IMG/VR virus record: IMGVR_UViG_3300042520_001767
Span: 96,001-160,000 of that record
Origin: a virus
DNA length: 64,000 nucleotides
Strand: one strand, 5' to 3'
The notes beneath the pieces were generated by a model. It ran no database searches. It saw only the letters and a program-made list of their open reading frames with translations, and was not told where the DNA came from. A program made the position numbers and the translations under genes. This document shows positions 20,494 through 29,020 of the stretch, in pieces. How positions within the stretch are numbered: the first letter of the stretch is position 1; each line of letters begins with the position of its first letter.

Positions 20494-21336
20494 ATGAAAA
20501 AACTTATAAAAAAATTACTTAGAGAAGGTTATAATCATGTTAGTTTAGATTACGTTAAAAATAAAAAACCTAAATTAGATAGATATAAAAATTTTAAACA
20601 AAAAAATATTGGTGATTTTGTTTTAATTTCCGACATGTATAGTGAAGATGAAATTAAACGCTTTGGTCTTTTAGGTCAAATTTTAGTTTTTGATAAAAAC
20701 GATAATACCGAAATAGGTAATTCTTCTTTTGGGTTTAATGAAGAAGGTATCTTAAAAGCTAGTATTGATGTAAGACCAGATTTTAGACGAAAAGGTGTAG
20801 GTACTCAAATGTATTTATATATTGAAGAATTAACTGGACTAAAAATAACACCTTCACCTAAACATTCATCTGATGCTGAAAAATTCTGGAATCAATCAAA
20901 TAGACCATTTGGTTTAGATGAAGCCATTTCAGACCCCACATTCAACGAAAACTTCAATAGATGGTTTGATGGTAGTAAAGTTGTAGATGAAGCTGGAAAA
21001 CCTCTTATATGTTATCATGGTAGTAGTAAAAACATAACAACATTCAATACTAAACGTTCAGCTCAAGGTGTATTTTGGTTTACAACAGATAAAAATAAAA
21101 TATTATCTGGTGAATCTGGAGCCGCAGCCACCAATAAAATAATACCTGTATTTATCTCAGCAAAAAAAATAGCTGGTTGGGATGAATATGAGAAATTAGG
21201 TCTCGGTCAAATAGAAGATATGGGTTATGACGCAATAAAATTAGATAATGATTATATTGTTTTTGACCCAAGAAAAATAAAGTCAATAAAAAATAAAGGT
21301 GATTGGGGTATAAATAATAAAAATATTTTTAAATAG
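20494..21336 (+). CDS. GNAT + ADP-ribosyltransferase-like (ART-PolyVal type) fusion with IKKLLRE leader
   Basis: IDVRPDFRRKGVGT acetyl-CoA motif, then FNRWFDGSKVVDEAGKPLICYHGS...GVFWFT...YIVFDPRKIKS. Confidence 0.65.
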   Translation: MKKLIKKLLREGYNHVSLDYVKNKKPKLDRYKNFKQKNIGDFVLISDMYSEDEIKRFGLLGQILVFDKNDNTEIGNSSFGFNEEGILKASIDVRPDFRRKGVGTQMYLYIEELTGLKITPSPKHSSDAEKFWNQSNRPFGLDEAISDPTFNENFNRWFDGSKVVDEAGKPLICYHGSSKNITTFNTKRSAQGVFWFTTDKNKILSGESGAAATNKIIPVFISAKKIAGWDEYEKLGLGQIEDMGYDAIKLDNDYIVFDPRKIKSIKNKGDWGINNKNIFK

Positions 21337-21339
21337 ATT

Positions 21340-21678
21340 ATGAAAAGCTTTATAAAAAAATTACTTAGGGAGCAAATGATTGATGGACAAAACATGAATT
21401 CAGCTATGCAAACTATGTGTAATAAAATTAGTGTTAATTCTTATCAAGAAGTTTTAAATTATGTAGAAACAGCACTTAAAGACGTTAGTGAAGAAACTAG
21501 ACATAAAGTTATGCAAAAAATACATGTACCATTAGAAAATTTAAAGAACGAAGAAAATAAAATCACAGATGAAATTAAAACAACTCATATGTCTGGAGAT
21601 AGTATTCCAGATGAAGCCAACACGTATTGGCATCAGATTCAATCAACAATTTGTGAAATGGGTCCCGATTTTCAATAA
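21340..21678 (+). CDS. hypothetical protein with IKKLLRE leader
   Basis: Begins MKSFIKKLLREQ. Confidence 0.55.
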   Translation: MKSFIKKLLREQMIDGQNMNSAMQTMCNKISVNSYQEVLNYVETALKDVSEETRHKVMQKIHVPLENLKNEENKITDEIKTTHMSGDSIPDEANTYWHQIQSTICEMGPDFQ

Positions 21679-21775
21679 AAATTAAATATAGTTAAGTAAA
21701 TATATTTAATACATAATTACTAATCTCGTTTAACAAATTTCATCTAAGTAATTTTTTTATTCTATTTTTAATATT

Positions 21776-22786
21776 TTATATATCAAATAAAGTTGGGTGT
21801 AAATCAACTGAAACACCAGTTAACGCTCTAGGGTTTTTTAATGTTCCATCATCTATTAATTTAGGTAATGCTTTTCTAGTATCTTTAGATTGCAACCTAA
21901 TCGACACACTATCAATATTATTATTTTTTAATGTTTGAATTAAATTCCTTAAAAAACCACGTCTTTTTAAATTTTCATCGTAATTACCAATTGGTTGACT
22001 ATTCATTTGAGTTATTGAAGCAACTTTTTTATTATTAAGTATTTTAATATCACCAAATGCTCTACCACCGTAATTGTCGGTATATTCCCAACTATAATAT
22101 TTCTCTTCACCAATTTTTTCATCGGTGATATCATCTAATATATCTTTAACTTTTGGGTTAATAGTTAATTTATTTTCATTTATTATATTTTCATTTAATA
22201 AACTATATTTAATATAATTTTGTAGTTCTCTCCAATCTAAATCACTAATACCCTTATATCCTTTATCTTTAAATAATTTATTAAGTTCTTCTCTAGATAA
22301 ATCTTTAATGTTAGTAACATAATTATTCACAAAGTTATTGGATAAATCTTTAGTTATTTTAACAACTGGCATTATATTACAACCTAATTTCATAGCTGAT
22401 GATGCTCTATGTCTACCCTCTTGGTCAGATTTACCATCAACATAATAACCTATTGGTGCTTTACTACCATTCTTCATCATTAAACTATATTTTTCAGCTT
22501 TCTCATCACTATAAGCACCACCCAATACATCAGCATATGATAAACCAAAACCATTAGCTATCTTATAAAGATATTGTTTTGGTTTTAAATATTCAATTTC
22601 TTGTAACTCCCTTTTACTAATAATATAATAAAGTGGGTGTTCTAAACCACCATAATTTTCCAAACTTTTCATATCAAAATATCTACAACAATCACAATTT
22701 TGATTTGAATTAATTGAATTTAACATCACATCAATATCATGGATATTTAATTCTTCTCTTAATAATTTCTTAATTACCTTTTTCAT
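21776..22786 (-). CDS. hypothetical protein with IKKLLRE leader and ParB-like motif
   Basis: MKKVIKKLLREE; DQEGRHRA resembles the ParB DGxHR motif. Confidence 0.5.
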   Translation of the reverse strand: MKKVIKKLLREELNIHDIDVMLNSINSNQNCDCCRYFDMKSLENYGGLEHPLYYIISKRELQEIEYLKPKQYLYKIANGFGLSYADVLGGAYSDEKAEKYSLMMKNGSKAPIGYYVDGKSDQEGRHRASSAMKLGCNIMPVVKITKDLSNNFVNNYVTNIKDLSREELNKLFKDKGYKGISDLDWRELQNYIKYSLLNENIINENKLTINPKVKDILDDITDEKIGEEKYYSWEYTDNYGGRAFGDIKILNNKKVASITQMNSQPIGNYDENLKRRGFLRNLIQTLKNNNIDSVSIRLQSKDTRKALPKLIDDGTLKNPRALTGVSVDLHPTLFDI

Positions 22787-22806
22787 ATCTATAAATATCT
22801 ACAAAC

Positions 22807-23490
22807 CTATAAAAGTTTCGTACCCTTGCTTAAATTATCTGGTCCCCATAATGGTTGAAGATTGCTTAATTTCCAACAATCTTTAAATCCAATATCATCA
22901 GTACTCTCAAATTGAAAACTATTCATCGGTATCTTATGGTCAACATGCCATTCACCATAATTATCCCATGTCATTCCAACAGTAAATAACGCTTCCAAAT
23001 GTATCATCAGTTCTTCTATAGAATAACCTAATAAGATAAAAGTAGATGATTTTTTCTTAACGTTACGTTCTTTTAAACAAGTTGAAACTGATGTACGTGT
23101 CCTAGCGGTTAAACGATATTTTGGGTCTTCTCGTCTACGATTTCTTTCATAATCTCTAGCCCATTTTCTAACTTTATCTCTATTTTCATTACGCCATTCA
23201 GTATGTTTAGCTCTTAAAGTATCACGATTTGTAATTGACCAATCTTTATGGTATTCACTTAATTTTTCTTTATTTTTTTCAGCGTATTTTTTATCAGCAA
23301 CAGCTTTACCACCAATATTTCTTCTTCCAGATGGTCCAAATTCAACACCATTTTCTTTAAGTGTTCTAATAACAATTGTTTTATGTATTCCCATACGTTC
23401 ACTTATTGATGGTGAACCCATTAATTCTTCATTATATAACCTTAGACACTCTAAGGTTTGTTCCTGTGTTAATTCTATTTTCTTTGACAT
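22807..23490 (-). CDS. free-standing HNH homing endonuclease
   Basis: WHVDHKIP...CWKLSNLQPLWGPDNLSKG; N-terminal helix-turn-helix-like segment. Confidence 0.75.
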   Translation of the reverse strand: MSKKIELTQEQTLECLRLYNEELMGSPSISERMGIHKTIVIRTLKENGVEFGPSGRRNIGGKAVADKKYAEKNKEKLSEYHKDWSITNRDTLRAKHTEWRNENRDKVRKWARDYERNRRREDPKYRLTARTRTSVSTCLKERNVKKKSSTFILLGYSIEELMIHLEALFTVGMTWDNYGEWHVDHKIPMNSFQFESTDDIGFKDCWKLSNLQPLWGPDNLSKGTKLL

Positions 23491-23504
23491 GTTTATATTT
23501 TATA

Positions 23505-23535
23505 CAAAGATACGAAATATATCTCAATAAGTCAA
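23505..23535 (-). promoter_or_regulatory. Bacteroidota housekeeping-sigma promoter (-33 TTG / -7 TAnnTTTG)
   Basis: TTG-N20-TATCTTTG upstream of the HNH gene. Confidence 0.65.
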
Positions 23536-23559
23536 CCATAAAACCGATTATTTATAAAT

Positions 23560-23591
23560 AAAAAAGTCTAACCTTTCGATTAGACTTTTTT
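23560..23591. terminator. rho-independent terminator after the major capsid gene
   Basis: AAAAAAGTCTAA-8 nt-TTAGACTTTTTT. Confidence 0.75.
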
Positions 23592-23610
23592 ATTTATATA
23601 AGAAATTTGA

Positions 23611-25476
23611 TTATCTTAATTCATTAATGTTGAAAGTTGGAACACCATCAACCATTACATGGCCGTAAAATCTGTTGTTGACAACCTTTTTAGCATATCT
23701 CGTCATAATCCCCTTCACTGGAGCGAAGTTAAATGGGTTATACATAGTTGGAGTTAATTGCAACGGTACGTATGGAGCATAGATGTAACCAGTATCAAGC
23801 AATGATTTACCTTTGTGACCGATGATTACAGAGAAAGCTGGAGCATAAGGGTCACGGTACACTTGGTAACGTCCGCTTAAAGAACCGATTCTTTCAATAC
23901 CCATGTTGTATTGGTCTTGCTCTGGGTTAGCGTCACTTACGTGGAAGTATTCTAAATCGTCAAAAATAGCAGAGATTTCAGAAGAAACTACGATAAAGTT
24001 AGCACCACCTCTAAGAGTAGATTTATGGATTTGAGCAGAAACTTGGTTTAATTTAGTAATTAAAGTTTGGTTCCATTCTTTTTGAGTATATGGGTTAGCA
24101 GATGTAGCAGCTTTTCTCCATCCATTATAATCCCATCTCAATTGCCAAGCAGCAGCTTTACGGATATCTCTAAGGATTTCACGGTCAATCTCAGCAGCAA
24201 CTTGTTCAGATAACATTGCAGTTAACTCAGCTTCAGCATCGATGTTGTGGAATGCACTAACGTCTTGTGCTAACTCTGGAGACCATGTAGCTCTTAATTT
24301 TCTTTCTTCAACAGATACAACAACTTCGTCTAATCTGAAAGATACTTCTCCCATTTCAGTTTCAAGTTCTAATGAAGCGTATTCAGCCCATGCAGAAGTA
24401 AAAGTGAAAGCAGATACAGTTGTAGCAGATGCACCAACATAACCATCATAAGTAGCAGTACCAGGAGTTACAACAGCACCAGCAGCAGTTGTTCCAACAG
24501 GGTGACGTAAATCTAACTCTACATAACAAGTACCAGTACCATCAGTTAAATTACTAGAACTAGACGTAACGATACCTTTACCGTATTGTTGAGTAACCAA
24601 ACGGAAAGGAACTTCTTTACCAGCAGCGATAACAGCATTTCCATCTCTATCCAAGATAGCATTAGTAGTTACAACACGTAATGAAGCTAAGAAAGATTCA
24701 GTATCTGTATTGTTACCATTAGCACCAGTCATTTTTTCTCTACCATTTCCAATAACGTTTTTAGAGAAACCAGTGATTCCTAAGATAATACCTCTTAATG
24801 AACCATCAGTTGCAGTTGGTCCAGCAGACATTGCTCCAGTAGCTACAGTATAAACACCATCATTACCTAAAGTAAATACAGCATTACCACCAACTTGGAT
24901 TGTAAGAGTACCTTTAGAGTTATCAAATAAACCATCATTGTAGAATGCATCATAAAGATTTTTACCTACGAATGGTGTTACAACACAACCACCAGAATTA
25001 ATACAAGATGGTAAAGCAGCTCCAACTGGAGTACCGTTGTTAAGACCACCTAAACCAGTGTGTGCAGAGAATTGTTGGTTTGTTGTTAAACTACCATCAT
25101 TCGCATATGGAGAACCAGCGTTTCCAGCAGCATCAACACGAGAAGATGTTTGTGGAACGAAGAAGAACAATTTACCGATTGGCATGTTCATAGCTTGTAC
25201 AGATACGATATCGTTAGCTAATAATTTAGAGAAAACTCTACGTACAATTGGAAAAACTACAGTTTCGAAAGAACCAGAGTTAGTTGCAGTAGTTGCTTCA
25301 GTCAATAAAGAAGACGCTTGGTTTTCATATAATTGAGCAATGTTTTCTTTTACGTGTCCTCTAAGACCGTCTAGGAATCCTAATGAATCCCATTTTGTTT
25401 GAGTTTCCAAACGAATAGCTTTCATGTGGTTTAAACCGATGTTACCTACTTGTCCAGATGTTAATAAATGTGACAT
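23611..25476 (-). CDS. major capsid protein (T4 gp23-like)
   Basis: VFPIVRRVF, RKLRATWSPELAQDVSAFHNIDAEAEL, GYIYAPYVPL and GIMTRYA. Confidence 0.95.
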   Translation of the reverse strand: MSHLLTSGQVGNIGLNHMKAIRLETQTKWDSLGFLDGLRGHVKENIAQLYENQASSLLTEATTATNSGSFETVVFPIVRRVFSKLLANDIVSVQAMNMPIGKLFFFVPQTSSRVDAAGNAGSPYANDGSLTTNQQFSAHTGLGGLNNGTPVGAALPSCINSGGCVVTPFVGKNLYDAFYNDGLFDNSKGTLTIQVGGNAVFTLGNDGVYTVATGAMSAGPTATDGSLRGIILGITGFSKNVIGNGREKMTGANGNNTDTESFLASLRVVTTNAILDRDGNAVIAAGKEVPFRLVTQQYGKGIVTSSSSNLTDGTGTCYVELDLRHPVGTTAAGAVVTPGTATYDGYVGASATTVSAFTFTSAWAEYASLELETEMGEVSFRLDEVVVSVEERKLRATWSPELAQDVSAFHNIDAEAELTAMLSEQVAAEIDREILRDIRKAAAWQLRWDYNGWRKAATSANPYTQKEWNQTLITKLNQVSAQIHKSTLRGGANFIVVSSEISAIFDDLEYFHVSDANPEQDQYNMGIERIGSLSGRYQVYRDPYAPAFSVIIGHKGKSLLDTGYIYAPYVPLQLTPTMYNPFNFAPVKGIMTRYAKKVVNNRFYGHVMVDGVPTFNINELR

Positions 25477-25521
25477 AATTTGTTTTTTATTTTTTTGTTA
25501 GGGTTATTATTTTATTTTTTT

Positions 25522-26769
25522 TTATCTTTTTTCAACTCTGCTAATCAAATCCATGATTCTTTTTGTTGATGGGTCAACATATGCTGTACTTTCATTTAAT
25601 TGTTTTGAAGTACTAGTAGATGCTTCTTTAATAATTTTACGTTCTACTGATTCGTTGATTGGTTTTCTTGTTTCCAATTCATTAACAATATTTTTGTAAA
25701 GTTTTTTAGATTCAACAAGATTGGAAACCTCATCAAATCTTTTAATGATATTTTGTTTTTCAGATTTTGTTGTTGAATGTTCTTGTAAGATTCTTACAAC
25801 ATATGTAAGATTACTATTAAAAACAACAGTTTCAACTAATTTAGTTCTAAATTCTCTAAGAGCAGTTCTAAACTCATCATTCTCAGATTTTAATTTTTTA
25901 GCTTCAGTTAGTAGAGTATTGTATTTTTTAGCTGTTTCAGAAACGATTTGTCTAGCTTTAATGGTTTCATCAAGTTTTTCACCATCAACACTTTTTTTAC
26001 CGAAACCTAAATGAGATGAACCAGAACGTCTTTGTCCTTGGTGACCAGCTTTACCATTTACATTTGCAATATTTTCTTCAATTTCTTCTTCTTCAGTTTC
26101 TTCCTCATCACCAAATTCAGAATCACCTTCTTCAGATTCTACAGCTTCTTCGTCACCGAACTCACTTTCTTCTTCTTCAGTTTCTTCATCATCATCACCC
26201 ATTTCAATGTCATACTCAACATCAGTAGATTCCTCCTCATCATCACCCATTTCAATAGGTTCTTCATCAAAGTTTTCTTCATCAGCCAAATCAGTATCAC
26301 CTTGTAGTGAATCTAGTTTTACAACATATTCACCTGGTTCTGTAATGTTTAAGCGAAGTTCATCACCAACAATTTCGATTTCATCTTCACCACTCATTTT
26401 TTTGTAAATTGCGATTACGTCTTCATCACTTGCTCCAGTCATATCAAGTTCTTCAGATGATTCCTCATCTTCCATTCCCATTGCATCCATAGCTGGTAAT
26501 TCCATTTCTGAACCTCCCATTTCTGAATCTACATCTTCCATACCACCTTCTGCGTCAAATTCGTTTTCGTCTTCCTCTCCAGCTTCACCAGCTAAAGGGT
26601 CAACATCTTCTTCTTCATAAGTCATTTCTTCCAAGGACTCTTTCACTACACTATCAATTTCTTCTTTAGCTACGCTACGAAGTATTTCTTTTGTGTTTGC
26701 ATTGAGAGCTGATTGAATGTTTTTAATATCCAATAAAGCTTCTTCAAGTATTGATTTTTTTTCTGCCAT
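25522..26769 (-). CDS. prohead core scaffold protein (gp22-like)
   Basis: Highly acidic middle and coiled-coil C-terminus; lies between the protease and MCP genes; many L/I-x-E sites. Confidence 0.7.
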   Translation of the reverse strand: MAEKKSILEEALLDIKNIQSALNANTKEILRSVAKEEIDSVVKESLEEMTYEEEDVDPLAGEAGEEDENEFDAEGGMEDVDSEMGGSEMELPAMDAMGMEDEESSEELDMTGASDEDVIAIYKKMSGEDEIEIVGDELRLNITEPGEYVVKLDSLQGDTDLADEENFDEEPIEMGDDEEESTDVEYDIEMGDDDEETEEEESEFGDEEAVESEEGDSEFGDEEETEEEEIEENIANVNGKAGHQGQRRSGSSHLGFGKKSVDGEKLDETIKARQIVSETAKKYNTLLTEAKKLKSENDEFRTALREFRTKLVETVVFNSNLTYVVRILQEHSTTKSEKQNIIKRFDEVSNLVESKKLYKNIVNELETRKPINESVERKIIKEASTSTSKQLNESTAYVDPSTKRIMDLISRVEKR

Positions 26770-26889
26770 TTTATCTTTTTTTTATTTCTTCTTTTTATTA
26801 GATAAGCACGAGATGTTATCTCATTTGTTAATAAATATATGTGTTTTTAACAAAAAACATTTTTTATTTAAAAAAATATTATTTTTTTA

Positions 26890-27606
26890 TTATTCGAATA
26901 AAAATTTATCTAAATCATTTAATAAATTTTCTTTTATTAATGGTTTTTTAGTTTCCACGTTTTCCACATAAGGTGTCATTTCTTCTCTGCTACGACCTAT
27001 CCAAGCATCTGGAGTAGATGGTGCTGTAACAACATCCCAACAAATTATTTCAAAATCTTCTTGAACAATTTGCTCACCATTCTTACCTTCTTTAAGTGAA
27101 CCTACACCTCTAGAAGAAACACCAATCTTAATTCTATTTCTTAATAAGTTCGCTACTTCATCACCTTTTGTTGATACGATACCATAATTTATAAACCCAG
27201 GTGTCATTAATATTTCCATTTTACCCATAAGCGTATGACCTTCCCACCACGTTTCAACAATGTTATGTGAAATCCTATCACCAGCTATAACGCTTGATTC
27301 TGGGTGGTCTAATTCACCTACAGCTCTACGTTCACGTATAGCTTCTTGATATAACCTATCTTGTGATTTAAGAATTGATTCTGGGTATATTCTACCATTA
27401 CGATTAAGAATACCGTATTTTTGTAGTACAACATAAACGATAAGTGGCTCAACGATGCTGATTCTACTACCGCTATCTATTTTTTTTATTTCATTTATGA
27501 AAGGTTGGTTCCTAGGTTCATCAGGCGAAATAAATCCAGCGTCATGTTCAATTAGAACTCCTGTACCGCTACAACCTCTTTTAATTACTTTTATATCTTT
27601 ATCCAT
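26890..27606 (-). CDS. prohead core protease (T4 gp21-like)
   Basis: NRNGRIYP, GELDHP, GVSSRGVGS and DVVTAPSTPDA. Confidence 0.92.
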   Translation of the reverse strand: MDKDIKVIKRGCSGTGVLIEHDAGFISPDEPRNQPFINEIKKIDSGSRISIVEPLIVYVVLQKYGILNRNGRIYPESILKSQDRLYQEAIRERRAVGELDHPESSVIAGDRISHNIVETWWEGHTLMGKMEILMTPGFINYGIVSTKGDEVANLLRNRIKIGVSSRGVGSLKEGKNGEQIVQEDFEIICWDVVTAPSTPDAWIGRSREEMTPYVENVETKKPLIKENLLNDLDKFLFE

Positions 27607-27644
27607 AGTATTGTTTATAGATATAAATATGTTAATTAAACAAA

Positions 27645-27672
27645 AAAACCCTAATCAAATGATTAGGGTTTT
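27645..27672. terminator. rho-independent terminator-like hairpin
   Basis: AAAACCCTAATCA-AA-TGATTAGGGTTTT. Confidence 0.65.
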
Positions 27673-27676
27673 ATAT

Positions 27677-28120
27677 TTAATTTTTTTTATTCTTAAAATT
27701 AAAAAATTTATTATTTTCAAAATTATTATTTATAATTTTTTCGGTAAATAATTCTAACTTATTTTTTATATCATCAGAAGTTATCGATATTTCTGTGTGT
27801 AGAAATAGTGTTAATTCACAACACATAAAACTACTTTTACCATATCTAATACCAGATTCCCTAATATCTAAATCTACAATAGTCCTATATCCATCAAATA
27901 AAGAATCTTTATCATCTTTAAAAAGGTTGAATAAACTTTGTCTTACATTCTTATTCAAATTTCGTATTACTTGGTTATAATTTACATTTTCTTCTTCTAG
28001 AGGTTTAACCCATGAAGATATCGTTATATAAATCGCTTTTGGATTCTTATTATTCACACTACCAAAGACTACGTTATAGTTTTTAAATTTATTTGTTTTA
28101 ATTTCTTTCCCAGTTTTCAT
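27677..28120 (-). CDS. hypothetical protein
   Basis: ATG at 28120 preferred because a promoter overlaps the TTG at 28138. Confidence 0.55.
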   Translation of the reverse strand: MKTGKEIKTNKFKNYNVVFGSVNNKNPKAIYITISSWVKPLEEENVNYNQVIRNLNKNVRQSLFNLFKDDKDSLFDGYRTIVDLDIRESGIRYGKSSFMCCELTLFLHTEISITSDDIKNKLELFTEKIINNNFENNKFFNFKNKKN

Positions 28121-28135
28121 ATCTAATATTTTATT

Positions 28136-28166
28136 CAAATATAAATAAAATCCAGGAATTAGTCAA
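28136..28166 (-). promoter_or_regulatory. Bacteroidota housekeeping-sigma promoter
   Basis: TTG-N20-TATATTTG. Confidence 0.6.
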
Positions 28167-28182
28167 TAGGTTTAAATAGATA

Positions 28183-28977
28183 TTATTTTTTTAAAGAACT
28201 TCTTAATTCAACCAATTTAGAAATATTTTTAATGTAATCTTCATTTATTTCTTTTTTATCATTCAACAATTTATCTTTAACTCGTAATAATTTATCTTTA
28301 GCTTCTAAATTAGATTCCTCAAGTCGTTCATCGATTAAATCAATGCACTCTCTAAGTGTTTTTGAATAAACTTCTTTTTTCTTTGTGTCATCAGATTCAA
28401 TAAGCGTTTTTAACACTTCTTTGTCAGCCTCATTTAAATCAGCATACCTCTCATTATATTTATCAACCATAATTGCAGACAACATACTATTTGGTAGTTC
28501 AACGCTTTCACTTACTTCTTTTTCTTTGTTATTAATAATGTAATCAACAATAAATGATTTAGCCTCTAGAATTGCATCAATATTTCTAGGTGTTTTAGGT
28601 GTGAATATCAAAGTAGTTATATTCTCATGTAATTCTTTTTTATCATAATCATAGTCTTTTTCAAATACGATATTCTCAATTAATTTGTTATTAACAATTA
28701 AAATATCTTTTGTGTCATATTTTGAAATTATACTCATACATTCATCAACAAAACACTTTGCTTTTGATTCATTGATTTCTACTTTATTTTCAATGATATT
28801 ATAAACCAAGAATTGATTCTTCAAAGCTTCGTTTTCTTTGATTATTTTTACATAAGATTTAAATAAATCTTTTTTAACCTTGTTTTTAGTGACAACGCTT
28901 TCAACCAATATTTCGTTGTAAGCGTTTTTAATTTTACCAAAGTTTTGAACCGTTTTTGTAATATCTATTTTAGTCAT
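28183..28977 (-). CDS. hypothetical protein (head module)
   Basis: 264-aa helical ORF between portal and protease genes. Confidence 0.55.
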   Translation of the reverse strand: MTKIDITKTVQNFGKIKNAYNEILVESVVTKNKVKKDLFKSYVKIIKENEALKNQFLVYNIIENKVEINESKAKCFVDECMSIISKYDTKDILIVNNKLIENIVFEKDYDYDKKELHENITTLIFTPKTPRNIDAILEAKSFIVDYIINNKEKEVSESVELPNSMLSAIMVDKYNERYADLNEADKEVLKTLIESDDTKKKEVYSKTLRECIDLIDERLEESNLEAKDKLLRVKDKLLNDKKEINEDYIKNISKLVELRSSLKK

Positions 28978-29020
28978 TTTGTTTTTTAATTATAAATATC
29001 TTATTTTACATATAAAACTA

